DNA from: Candidatus Omnitrophota bacterium
GTDB taxonomy: Bacteria > Omnitrophota > Gorgyraeia > Gygaellales > UBA12090
NCBI GenBank assembly: GCA_030674475.1
Contig: JAUSCZ010000029.1
Span: 66,357-130,356, forward strand
Direction: 5' to 3'
DNA length: 64,000 nucleotides
Both the position numbers and the translations under genes were made by a program. Under the pieces are notes generated by a model. The model had not been told where the DNA came from, did not search any database, and saw only the letters and a list, made by a program, of their open reading frames with translations. Within the stretch, counting starts at the first letter, position 1; every line of letters starts with the position of its first letter. Below are positions 8,453 to 17,627 of this stretch, piece by piece.

Positions 8453-8473
8453 CTTGCCTTGCCGGCAGGCAGG
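8453..8473. repeat. GC palindrome family E copy (ccttgccggcaggcagg)
   Basis: Near-perfect palindrome. Related copies at 38588-38607, 51970-51997, 55491-55510, and inside coding sequence at 29807-29828 and 60781-60800. Confidence 0.5.
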
Positions 8474-8518
8474 TATTTAAGGAAAAGGTCTAAATAATAT
8501 TAAAGGAGAAGTGGAGCG

Positions 8519-9193
8519 ATGAAGAGAATGAATAGGCTTGTGTATGGGATTTGCGTTTTTATTATCGGTATCGGGCTTTCCGGATGCACCATAATTTTTC
8601 AAAAAGGCCGGCGTTCGGATGTGGAGAAAATTGACAAATTAAGCAGTCAATTGGATGAGTTGGCCTCAGCCCGGAACCTTCTGGCCGAACGGCTGAAGCA
8701 GGAGATTGCCGATAAGGATGTGCGTTTGGATATGGCTGAGAAAGGCCTGGTAATTACCTTTGTTGCCGATATCCTTTTTGATTCGGGTAAGGCTAAACTG
8801 CGTCCGGAGGCTATCCCTACCTTAGAGAAAGTGGCAGTAGTCTTGAAGGACAATTTGAATGATTTTAACATCGGGATAGAAGGCCATACCGATACCCAGC
8901 CGATAAAATATTCCGGATGGGAATCTAACTGGGAGCTTTCCTCTGCCCGGGCCTTAAGCGTCTTGCATTATCTGGAAGAAAAAAGCATTACCGGAAGAAG
9001 AATGTCGGCAGATGCTTATGGTGAGTTTCATCCGGTAGCTTCTAATGACAATAAAGAAGGAATGAAGATGAACCGGCGGGTTGAGATTGTGGTTCTTCCC
9101 AAGGTGGCTAAAGTAAGGAAACAAGAAGAGAATGCGTCAGCGGCAATCGAAGAAGAGCCGGTAACCAAAGGGCCCAAGTCATATTTCAAATAA
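8519..9193 (+). CDS. OmpA/MotB-domain lipoprotein
   Basis: Lipobox LSGC, a coiled-coil segment, and a C-terminal OmpA-like fold (GHTDTQP...SSARA...NRRVEIVV). Confidence 0.75.
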   Translation: MKRMNRLVYGICVFIIGIGLSGCTIIFQKGRRSDVEKIDKLSSQLDELASARNLLAERLKQEIADKDVRLDMAEKGLVITFVADILFDSGKAKLRPEAIPTLEKVAVVLKDNLNDFNIGIEGHTDTQPIKYSGWESNWELSSARALSVLHYLEEKSITGRRMSADAYGEFHPVASNDNKEGMKMNRRVEIVVLPKVAKVRKQEENASAAIEEEPVTKGPKSYFK

Positions 9194-9195
9194 AA

Positions 9196-9228
9196 AAGAA
9201 GCTGTGAGTTTTAAGCTTCTAATTTCTT
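9196..9228 (+). terminator. Candidate rho-independent terminator
   Basis: Hairpin gaagctgtgagttttaagcttc followed by taatttctt. Confidence 0.35.
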
Positions 9229-9241
9229 AAAAGGAGATTGA

Positions 9242-9616
9242 ATGGACGATAAAATAAAAGGTAGAGTAGCTATGATTCTTTCGGTTGTCGCGTTGATATT
9301 TTTTATTCTTTGGCTGGGGGCCTTAAATGAATTATCCCGTCAAAAGAGGCTGGCCGTAGATAAGGCGGCTCTTAGTATGGAGTTGGAAGAAAAAAATACC
9401 AAATTAGAAAAGGAAAAGGCTGACCTGTCCGGGGAGCTTAAAAGTACCCAGACCCAGCTTGCCGGGGAAAAAGCGGCTCACGAGATAACCAAAAAAACCT
9501 TATCCCAGGAGCAGGTTGCCGAGAATGCCTTAAAGGTTGAGTTAGAGCGGGTTACCCGCATCAACGAAAAGTTGGAAAACGATTCTAAAGAGGTCTTAGA
9601 TGTAAAGAAGGAATAG
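9242..9616 (+). CDS. Membrane-anchored coiled-coil protein
   Basis: 124 aa with an N-terminal transmembrane helix and a charged coiled-coil repeat region. Confidence 0.5.
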   Translation: MDDKIKGRVAMILSVVALIFFILWLGALNELSRQKRLAVDKAALSMELEEKNTKLEKEKADLSGELKSTQTQLAGEKAAHEITKKTLSQEQVAENALKVELERVTRINEKLENDSKEVLDVKKE

Positions 9617-9714
9617 GTTTTTCCGGCTTGTTTTTAGGAAATATTTAAGGAGAGGCAAGATGGAGGATAAGAAGTAAGCTATCCTCCATTTTTGTAAGAT
9701 TGGAGGCGAGAGAT

Positions 9715-10866
9715 ATGGCTAAGGCGGTTAAGAAGATAAAAAAAGTAAGCTCTCCCGGTAAGGCCGGGATTCCGATTCTTCACCGGGTCCCGACAAGCTC
9801 GGGATCCCGGCTTTCCGTCGGGAAAAAAGTCGAATCTTTATCCAGCAAGGTGCGCAAGGTTTTGAGTAAGGTCGTATTCAAAAAAAAGCCGGCTGCCAAA
9901 GCCAAAACAACGAGGTTGGCAGTCTTTAGAAAGGCCCTAACCGCCCAGGAGGCCAAATACTTTACCCCGCCCCTTCCGCCGGAGAAGTATTCTCTAAAGA
10001 AAGAAGGGGCGGGGTTTACCCATCCGGAGAACAGGATTGCTAAAACTGTTCAGGCTGTTGAGCCGGCCCGGGTGGACTTTGAGAAAAAAGAGCTTCCTCA
10101 AGGCTATGATAAGGACCTTATCGTTTTGCAGGTGCGCGACCCCTGGTGGCTGCATACTTATTGGGAGGTGCGCGAGGGCACTTGGGGAAAACTGAAGAAT
10201 GAATTAGTTAAATTATTTGAAACCGCCAAGAAAATCTTACGAGTTTATGATGTGAGCTGCATCAATTTTAACGGTTCAAACGCCCACCGCTCTTTTGACA
10301 TTGAGATACATCAGAATGCCAAGAGTTGGTATATTGATACCGCGGGCCCGGGCAGGTCATGGTGCGTTGATGTAGGGCTGAAGCTTTCGGACGGAAGATT
10401 TATAACCATAGCCCGTTCTAATATAGTAACTACTCCCCTTGATGTTCCTTCCTGGGTTACGGATGAGGAGTGGATGGTGCCGGATGAGTTATTCAGCCGG
10501 CTTTATGCCTCAAGCGTCGGTTTAGGGGGCTCACCGGTTAAGCTAAAACAGCCCTGGTTAGAACTGCAAAAAAGAGCTCAAGGCTCAGGGGGTGTTTCTT
10601 CGGGGTTTTTTAGTCCGGTTAAGAAAGAGGAATACAAACGCGAATTCTGGTTAGTGGTGAATACTGAGTTGATTGTCTATGGGGCAACTGAGCCGGATGC
10701 CAAGGTTACAGTTTCGGGAAAGGAAATCGCCCTGCGGCCGGACGGAACCTTCTCTTTGCGTTTCAGCCTGCCTGACGGAAAACAGATTATCCCGGTTAAG
10801 GCCGTATCAGCAGACAGCCTTGATGAAAGAGTGATCACGCCTGTAGTAACCAAGGAAACCAGGTAG
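9715..10866 (+). CDS. DUF4912 domain protein (GH57-associated)
   Basis: Motif DLIVLQVRDPWWLHTYWEV, located directly upstream of the GH57 gene. The ATG at 9715 has a GGAGG ribosome-binding site about 9 nt upstream. Confidence 0.6.
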   Translation: MAKAVKKIKKVSSPGKAGIPILHRVPTSSGSRLSVGKKVESLSSKVRKVLSKVVFKKKPAAKAKTTRLAVFRKALTAQEAKYFTPPLPPEKYSLKKEGAGFTHPENRIAKTVQAVEPARVDFEKKELPQGYDKDLIVLQVRDPWWLHTYWEVREGTWGKLKNELVKLFETAKKILRVYDVSCINFNGSNAHRSFDIEIHQNAKSWYIDTAGPGRSWCVDVGLKLSDGRFITIARSNIVTTPLDVPSWVTDEEWMVPDELFSRLYASSVGLGGSPVKLKQPWLELQKRAQGSGGVSSGFFSPVKKEEYKREFWLVVNTELIVYGATEPDAKVTVSGKEIALRPDGTFSLRFSLPDGKQIIPVKAVSADSLDERVITPVVTKETR

Positions 10867-10919
10867 GGGCAGGCCTATGCGCCTGCCCTGCGAAAGGCCA
10901 ATTATATGAAAACAGAACC

Positions 10920-12539
10920 ATGTTTAAAAACGGGCAACCACATGGGGTTGCCCCTACTATGAATAAAGGATATCTTTGTCTGGTTTTACATACGCACCTG
11001 CCTTATGTGCGCCATCCGGAGTTTAATGATTTTCTGGAAGAAGATTGGTTGTATGAAGCCATCACCGAAACCTATATTCCTTTGATTGAGGTTTTTGAGG
11101 GGCTGGTTAAAGACGGAGTGGATTTCCGGGTGACGATGTCGCTTACCCCGACGCTCATTTCTATGCTCAGCGACAGCCTGCTTCAGGAACGTTATGTAAG
11201 GCACATAGGAAAGTTGATTGAGCTTTCCGGGCACGAGATTGAGCGTACCCGTTTTGAACCGGAGTTTAACGCTTTAAGCCGGATGTATTTTAAACGTTTT
11301 AAATCCTGCCGGGATATCTTTAATCAGTATCACCGTAATCTCGTCTCGGCCTTTAAAAGATTTCAGGATTTAGGAAAACTGGAAATTATCACCTGTGGGG
11401 CGACCCACGGTTATTTCCCCCTGATGGATGTGGCTAAATCTTCCATAAGGGCCCAGCTGAGGGCGGCGGTATCCCAATATGAAAAGGTGTTTGGCCGCCC
11501 GCCGCGCGGTATCTGGCTTCCTGAATGCGGTTATAATCCCGGGGACGACCAATTCCTGAAAGACGCGGGCTTAAAATACTTTTTTACCGATGCCCACGGC
11601 CTTCTGCATGGTTCACCCCGGCCTAAATACGGGGTATTCGCGCCGGTGTACTGCCGGTCTTCTCAAGTAGCTTGTTTTGGCCGCGACCTGGAGTCTTCAA
11701 AGCAGGTCTGGTCTTCAATTGAGGGTTATCCCGGAGATTATCATTACCGGGAGTTTTACCGGGATATAGGTTTTGATTTAGACTATGAGTATATTAAGCC
11801 CTATATTTCCTCAGACGGGACAAGGATAAATACCGGGATAAAATACTACCGGATTACCGGAACTACCGGCCAAAAACAGCCTTACCTGCCGGAGTTAGCC
11901 AGGCAGAAAGCGGCGGAGCATGCCGGAAACTTTTTGTTTAACCGCCAACGCCAGGCAGAGTATCTTTATGAGATCTTAGAGAAGAAACCGATTATAGTTT
12001 CTCCTTACGATACCGAACTCTACGGCCATTGGTGGTTTGAGGGGCCGATGTGGCTGGATTTTCTCATTCGTAAAATCTATTTTGACCAAAATATCATCCA
12101 AATGACCAACGCGGTGGAATATCTCGAGGAGAATCCGCGCAATCAGGTGATTACTCCCTCAATGTCCAGTTGGGGATATAAAGGATACTCCGAGGTCTGG
12201 CTGCAGGGGACTAATGATTGGGCCTATCGCCACTTGCATGAGGCGAGCTGGAGGATGGATGAATTGGTAAAAAGATTTCCCGAAGCAAGCGGTTTAACCC
12301 GGCGGGCTTTAAATCAGGCCTTAAGGGAATTGTTCCTGGCGCAGTCATCGGATTGGGCCTTTATTATGGCTACCGGCACCCATGTCAGCTACGCCTTAAA
12401 GCGCACCCAGGAGCACATTCAGAGGTTTAATAAACTTTATGAAGAGATTAAAGCCAATTCCGTGGAGGAGCCCTGGCTCAAGGATATCGAATATAAAGAC
12501 AACATCTTCGCGGATTTAGACTATAGGATACACCAGTAA
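10920..12539 (+). CDS. Glycoside hydrolase family 57 (1,4-alpha-glucan branching enzyme type)
   Basis: N-terminal HTHLPYV motif, size and overall pattern of GH57. True start may be the ATG at 10959. Confidence 0.85.
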   Translation: MFKNGQPHGVAPTMNKGYLCLVLHTHLPYVRHPEFNDFLEEDWLYEAITETYIPLIEVFEGLVKDGVDFRVTMSLTPTLISMLSDSLLQERYVRHIGKLIELSGHEIERTRFEPEFNALSRMYFKRFKSCRDIFNQYHRNLVSAFKRFQDLGKLEIITCGATHGYFPLMDVAKSSIRAQLRAAVSQYEKVFGRPPRGIWLPECGYNPGDDQFLKDAGLKYFFTDAHGLLHGSPRPKYGVFAPVYCRSSQVACFGRDLESSKQVWSSIEGYPGDYHYREFYRDIGFDLDYEYIKPYISSDGTRINTGIKYYRITGTTGQKQPYLPELARQKAAEHAGNFLFNRQRQAEYLYEILEKKPIIVSPYDTELYGHWWFEGPMWLDFLIRKIYFDQNIIQMTNAVEYLEENPRNQVITPSMSSWGYKGYSEVWLQGTNDWAYRHLHEASWRMDELVKRFPEASGLTRRALNQALRELFLAQSSDWAFIMATGTHVSYALKRTQEHIQRFNKLYEEIKANSVEEPWLKDIEYKDNIFADLDYRIHQ

Positions 12540-12563
12540 ATTTTCGCTATGCGAAAATTTACA

Positions 12564-12646
12564 GAGCAATTGAGCAATAGACAATAGAACAATAGACAAA
12601 CAAAAGCTCAATTGCGGTCTAATGCTCTATTGTTCTATTGTTCAAA
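12564..12646. repeat. Interspersed repeat family C, copy 1 (gagcaattgagcaatagacaatagaacaatagac ... gctctattgttctattgttc)
   Basis: About 83-bp element with internal inverted repeat. Near-identical copy at 40376-40458. Confidence 0.8.
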
Positions 12647-12676
12647 ACGACAGTTTTGTCGCGAAAAACTAATTTA

Positions 12677-13387
12677 ATGCTTGATACATCCAACCTTCCT
12701 AAGCATATTGCCATAATTATGGATGGTAACGGCCGCTGGGCTAAAAGTAAAGGCTTTTCCCGCGCCCAGGGGCACCGCGAAGGGATAAAGCGGGTGGAAG
12801 AGATTTTAAGCCAGGCTTCGGATTTAGGAATTAAGTTTGTTACTTTTTATGCTTTCTCCTCCGAGAATTGGAAGAGGCCTAAGGTTGAAGTAGGTATCCT
12901 GATGCATTTACTGGATATTTTCTTGGGCCGCTATGTTCGGATGATGATGAAAAACAATATCCGGTTTCTGACCATAGGCCGTAAAGAGCCTATTCCGGAG
13001 CGCCTTTGGAAGAAATTGCTCGCGGCCAAAGAGAAGACCAAAAACAACCGCGGACTGACGGCAGTCTTTGCCTTTAATTACGGCTCACGACAGGAGATAG
13101 TTGACGCGGTTAAGAAAATAGCTGACGATGTCCTGGAGAAAAGACTCAGGCCGGAAGATGTAAGCGAAGAGCGAATAGGGGATTTTCTGGATACTAAAGG
13201 AATTCCCGACCCTGACTTGCTTATCCGCACCAGCGGAGAACAACGTATCAGCAATTTTCTCCTCTGGCAGTTATCCTATGCTGAGCTATTCTTTACGAAA
13301 ACCTACTGGCCTGATTTTAAGAAGGAAAACTTAGAAGAGGCCATCAGCGAATATCAAGCCAGGGTAAGACGATTTGGGGCAATTTAA
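12677..13387 (+). CDS. uppS: Isoprenyl transferase (undecaprenyl-diphosphate synthase)
   Basis: Motifs HIAIIMDGNGRWA, FSSENWKRP, ELFF. The ATG at 12677 is preferred over the repeat-embedded TTG at 12638. Confidence 0.9.
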   Translation: MLDTSNLPKHIAIIMDGNGRWAKSKGFSRAQGHREGIKRVEEILSQASDLGIKFVTFYAFSSENWKRPKVEVGILMHLLDIFLGRYVRMMMKNNIRFLTIGRKEPIPERLWKKLLAAKEKTKNNRGLTAVFAFNYGSRQEIVDAVKKIADDVLEKRLRPEDVSEERIGDFLDTKGIPDPDLLIRTSGEQRISNFLLWQLSYAELFFTKTYWPDFKKENLEEAISEYQARVRRFGAI

Positions 13388-13413
13388 TCAGTAATCGAGC
13401 GAATCGAGGGTAA

Positions 13414-14214
13414 ATGTTTAAACAAAGGCTCACTAGCACTATAATCTGGGCAGGGGTTATTTTTCTGACAATTAAATATCAGCCTGTCTTTGCCGTGTGT
13501 TTCCTGGCTCTAGTGATCGGGGGGTTGTATGAGTTCTTCGGCCTGATTGAAAAAAAAGGGATACCTATCTATAAATATTTTGGGATGATTCTGGGGGTGG
13601 CCATTCCTTTATCCGTTCTTTTCAGGTTTGAGCTGACCAAGGGTTGGGAGCTTTTATTTATTGTGTTAGCCTTATTTACCCTTTTTATCCTGCAGTTGAA
13701 AAGGCAGGATAGCTCTCAGGCAGTGGTCGGTATATCTACCACTTTATTCGGCATCATCTATGTCTCCTGGTTTTTTAGTTTTTTGGTTAAGGTGCGTTAT
13801 CTGCCCGGAGGCGAAGGGTATCTGGCGGCGCTCATTTTAATTACTAAGTCTTCGGATATCGGGGCCTATTTGGTAGGCAGCCGCGTAGGCAGGCACAAAT
13901 TGCTTCCCCGGATAAGCCCCAAAAAAACCGTGGAGGGCTTAATTGGCGGATTGCTCTTTGGTATTCTCACCGCGATGCTCTGCCGGCCGTTTCTGGGTTT
14001 TTCCTATTTGCATCTGGCGGTTCTGGGCTTGGCTATCGCCTTGATAGCGGAATTAGGAGACCTTTCTGAGTCCTTGATTAAACGGGATTGTCAGGTCAAG
14101 GATTCGGGGCTTCTGTTTCCCGGACTGGGCGGGATTTTGGACCTGATTGACAGCTTATTATTCACCGCCCCGGCTTTTTATTTTTATATGAGTAATGTTT
14201 TTAATAAAGGCTGA
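13414..14214 (+). CDS. cdsA: Phosphatidate cytidylyltransferase
   Basis: Multi-transmembrane protein with a C-terminal CTP-transferase signature (KRDCQVKDSGLLFPGLGGILD). Confidence 0.85.
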   Translation: MFKQRLTSTIIWAGVIFLTIKYQPVFAVCFLALVIGGLYEFFGLIEKKGIPIYKYFGMILGVAIPLSVLFRFELTKGWELLFIVLALFTLFILQLKRQDSSQAVVGISTTLFGIIYVSWFFSFLVKVRYLPGGEGYLAALILITKSSDIGAYLVGSRVGRHKLLPRISPKKTVEGLIGGLLFGILTAMLCRPFLGFSYLHLAVLGLAIALIAELGDLSESLIKRDCQVKDSGLLFPGLGGILDLIDSLLFTAPAFYFYMSNVFNKG

Positions 14215-14222
14215 TCTTAGAG

Positions 14223-15386
14223 ATGAAACGGGTCGCGATTTTAGGCTCAAGCGGTTCAATCGGGGTTACTACTTTAAAAGTAATCAAGCAGTATCCCGGT
14301 GAGTTTAAATTAGAGGCTTTAGCGGTAAACAAAAATATTGAGTCTCTTAAAAGACAGGCAGCTGAATTTAAGCCGGGTAAGATAGCTGTTGGAGATGAAG
14401 AGGCCGGCAAGAAGATAAATAAAATCGGCGCGCGCGATATCCATTACGGCATTGAAGGTTTGAACCGGATAGCCTCGGATAAGGATGTGGATATCGTAGT
14501 GATTGGATTGAGCGGCTCGGTTGCCCTGCATCCGCTTTTATCGGCAATCAGGGCGGGTAAGCATATTGCCCTGGCCAATAAAGAGGCCCTGGTAATGGCC
14601 GGCTCAATTATAATGGGTGAGCTTAAAAAGTCAAAAGCCAGGCTTATCCCGGTAGACAGCGAGCAATCCGCCATATTTCAGTGTTTAGAGGGCAAAGAGC
14701 AAGATGAGCTGAAAAGGCTTTATTTAACTGCCTCCGGGGGGGCGCTTTATGATGTGGCGCTGAAAGATTTTAAATATCTAAAAAAGAAAGATATTTTAAA
14801 TCACCCCCGCTGGAAGATGGGCCGGAAAATAACCGTGGATTCGGCCACGCTGATGAATAAGGGCTTAGAGGTGATTGAGGCCAGATGGCTCTTTGACGTT
14901 GAGGTTAGAAATATTGAGGTGCTTATCCACCGTCAGGCAATAATTCATTCCATGGTGGAGTTCGTTGACGGAAGCGTGCTGGCCCAATTAGGGGTAACCG
15001 ATATGAGCCTTCCGATACAATACGCCCTTACGTATCCCAGGCGGCTGTCCAATCCGAAAAACCACCTGGATTTTTTTAGTATTGAAAGTTTAACCTTTGA
15101 TAAAGTTGATAACAAAAAATTTCCCTGCCTTGATTTCGCCTACCAGGCGGCCTATGACGCCGGGACGGCTCCGGCAGTAATGAACGCGGTAAATGAAGAG
15201 GCGGTTTCGGCCTTTCTGGATCAGAGAATAGGTTTTACGCTTATTCCCAAGATCATTGAAAAGATATTGTCTAAACATAAGACGCTCAAGAATCCCAACC
15301 TGAAAGCGATACTGGAAGCGGATACCTGGGCCAGGCAGGAGACCAGAGATTTAATTACAAGATTAGCCTCAAACCGGCAACCGTAA
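14223..15386 (+). CDS. dxr: 1-deoxy-D-xylulose 5-phosphate reductoisomerase
   Basis: N-terminal GSSGSIG NADPH-binding motif, 387 aa, within the uppS-cdsA-dxr-rseP-ispG neighbourhood. Confidence 0.92.
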   Translation: MKRVAILGSSGSIGVTTLKVIKQYPGEFKLEALAVNKNIESLKRQAAEFKPGKIAVGDEEAGKKINKIGARDIHYGIEGLNRIASDKDVDIVVIGLSGSVALHPLLSAIRAGKHIALANKEALVMAGSIIMGELKKSKARLIPVDSEQSAIFQCLEGKEQDELKRLYLTASGGALYDVALKDFKYLKKKDILNHPRWKMGRKITVDSATLMNKGLEVIEARWLFDVEVRNIEVLIHRQAIIHSMVEFVDGSVLAQLGVTDMSLPIQYALTYPRRLSNPKNHLDFFSIESLTFDKVDNKKFPCLDFAYQAAYDAGTAPAVMNAVNEEAVSAFLDQRIGFTLIPKIIEKILSKHKTLKNPNLKAILEADTWARQETRDLITRLASNRQP

Positions 15387-15459
15387 ATATTTTTGCTGTA
15401 TTCTGTTATCTGTAATCTGTAATCTACCCGAGCAAAGCGAGGGTGGATAGCGAGGGTGA

Positions 15460-16548
15460 ATGTTTTCCTTATTGATATTCTTAATTATCTTAAGCATAAT
15501 GATTTTGGTGCATGAATACGGCCATTTTGCCCAGGCGCGCCGGCTGGGCATCCGGGTGGAGAAATTTTCGCTGGGGTTCGGGCCGAAGTTGTTAAACTAT
15601 AAAAGAGGAGATACTGAATATACTTTGTGTCTTTTTGCCTTTGGCGGATACGTGAAGCTGGCCGGAGATAACCGGGAGGAGTGTAAAGGCGAACCCCATG
15701 AGTTTTTAGGCCGCAAGCCTCTGGACCGGGCTAAGGTCATTGCCGCCGGGCCGGCCTTAAATTATCTCTTGGCCTTTATTTGTCTGTGGCTGGTTAACTT
15801 AGTAGGTTATCCTAATCTTACCACCAGGGTGGGTGAAGTAATGGCCGGTTATCCGGCGGAGTCCGCCGGAATCCTGAAAGATGATTTGATTATTTCCATA
15901 GAGGGAAAGAGTGTCCAATACTGGAACCAGCTTCAGGAGATTATTTATAAGAATAAATCATCGTCGGTGAAATTAGAGTTACTGAGAAATAACGAGAAGG
16001 TAGAATTAACCGCGAAGCTTACCCAGGAGACAGTTAAAAATATGTTAGGAAATAAGCAGAGAATAAGCCTCCTGGGAATAAGGCCAAAAGGTGAAACCGT
16101 AATTGTGAAGCATAATGTATTCATGGGTTTTGTTTTGGCCGGAGAAAACCTCTGGAATTTGACTACCCTTACCTTATCGGCTTTTGGCAAGATGCTTACC
16201 GGAGGGCTTTCTTTTAAAGATAATGTTACCGGCCCCTTGGGGATGTTTTACGTGACTAATGAGGCAGTTAAAATCGGCTTTAACGCGGTCCTGCATTTAA
16301 TGGCGGTTTTAAGCGCCTCGCTCTGTATCTTTAACCTTTTGCCTTTTCCGATTTTAGACGGCGGGCATTTGTTTTTCTTAGGTTTAGAGAAATTGCGCGG
16401 CCGGCACTTAAGCCCGAAGGTAGAAGAAAAAATAGGTCAGGTTGGATTTGGATTTATTATCAGCTTGGCGGTGTTTGTCTTTTTGAATGATTTGGTAAAA
16501 TTCGGGCTTTGGCAAAAGGCCGTGGATGTAGTGAATAAATTTAGATGA
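15460..16548 (+). CDS. rseP: RIP zinc metalloprotease RseP
   Basis: HEYGH zinc-binding motif, PDZ region, C-terminal LDGG motif. Confidence 0.85.
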   Translation: MFSLLIFLIILSIMILVHEYGHFAQARRLGIRVEKFSLGFGPKLLNYKRGDTEYTLCLFAFGGYVKLAGDNREECKGEPHEFLGRKPLDRAKVIAAGPALNYLLAFICLWLVNLVGYPNLTTRVGEVMAGYPAESAGILKDDLIISIEGKSVQYWNQLQEIIYKNKSSSVKLELLRNNEKVELTAKLTQETVKNMLGNKQRISLLGIRPKGETVIVKHNVFMGFVLAGENLWNLTTLTLSAFGKMLTGGLSFKDNVTGPLGMFYVTNEAVKIGFNAVLHLMAVLSASLCIFNLLPFPILDGGHLFFLGLEKLRGRHLSPKVEEKIGQVGFGFIISLAVFVFLNDLVKFGLWQKAVDVVNKFR

Positions 16549-17627
16549 TTATAAAACGCAGAAAAGCCAAGGAAGTAAAAATAGGGAAGGTTAAAATCGG
16601 AGGTAATAATCCGGTTGCCATCCAGTCAATGACCAAGGTGCCGACCAAGGATTACCGTAAGGTAATTGCCCAAATCAAGGTTCTGCAGACGGCTGGTTGT
16701 GATATCGTGCGCGTGGCAGTTCGGGATGAAGAAGATGCCCGGGCTATTTCCCGGATTAAAAGCGCTATAGCTATTCCTTTAGTCGCGGATATTCATTTTA
16801 ACTGGAAGCTGGCAGTGAGCGCCATTTCGGCCGGCGCGGATAAGATTCGGCTTAATCCGGGAAATATCTTTAAGCGGGAAGAACTTAAAGAAGTAATTGC
16901 CGCGGCCAAGGATTGCTCTTTGCCTATCCGGGTGGGTTTAAACTCCGGCTCTATCCCTAAGATATTCAGATATAATAAAAAATTGCCCGCGCCGGTAAAA
17001 TTAGTCAAGGCCGCTCTGGATTACCTCAAGATTTTAGAGGATTTAAAATTCACCAATATCGTGATTTCTTTGAAATGTTCTAACGTTCTGGATACCATAG
17101 AGGCCTATCAGCTGATGGCTAAAAAATGCGATTACCCTCTGCATTTAGGGCTTACCGCCACTGGTTTTCCCGAAGCCGGTAAGATAAAATCAGCAATTAC
17201 TTTGGGGGTTTTGCTGGCTCAAGGCATCGGAGATACCTTGAGGGTTTCTTTAACGGGTGATCCGGTTGAGGAAATAAAGACGGCCCGTTATATTTTAGCC
17301 AGCTTAGGGTTGGGGAGTTTCGGCCCGGAGATCATCAGTTGTCCTGCCTGCGGAAGGACCGAGGTGAACATAGAGAAAATCGTGGCTGAACTGCAGGGTA
17401 AATTATCCGCCCAAAAGATGAATTTCTCCGCTAAGCCTTTTAAGATAGCGGTGATGGGCTGCGTGGTCAACGGCCCGGGTGAGGCTGAGGAGGCGGACTT
17501 AGCGGTTGCCTTTGGGAAGACCGAGGGCCTTCTCTATAAAGATTCTAAACCCTTTAGAAAAATTTCCGGGCGAGACGCGGTGAGTGAAATTATCCGGGAG
17601 TATAAAAAACTATGTCCAAAGAGCTGA
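16545..17627 (+). CDS. ispG: 4-hydroxy-3-methylbut-2-en-1-yl diphosphate synthase (flavodoxin)
   Basis: GcpE fold with the CPACGRT ... GCVVNGPGE iron-sulfur cysteines. Confidence 0.92.
   Translation: MIIKRRKAKEVKIGKVKIGGNNPVAIQSMTKVPTKDYRKVIAQIKVLQTAGCDIVRVAVRDEEDARAISRIKSAIAIPLVADIHFNWKLAVSAISAGADKIRLNPGNIFKREELKEVIAAAKDCSLPIRVGLNSGSIPKIFRYNKKLPAPVKLVKAALDYLKILEDLKFTNIVISLKCSNVLDTIEAYQLMAKKCDYPLHLGLTATGFPEAGKIKSAITLGVLLAQGIGDTLRVSLTGDPVEEIKTARYILASLGLGSFGPEIISCPACGRTEVNIEKIVAELQGKLSAQKMNFSAKPFKIAVMGCVVNGPGEAEEADLAVAFGKTEGLLYKDSKPFRKISGRDAVSEIIREYKKLCPKS

Noticed and set aside
10907-10960. Alternative upstream starts for the GH57 gene (10907 ATG)
   Set aside because: 10907 is out of frame with the GH57 ORF. 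Only 10920 and 10959 are in frame; 10920 is reported and 10959 noted as an alternative.
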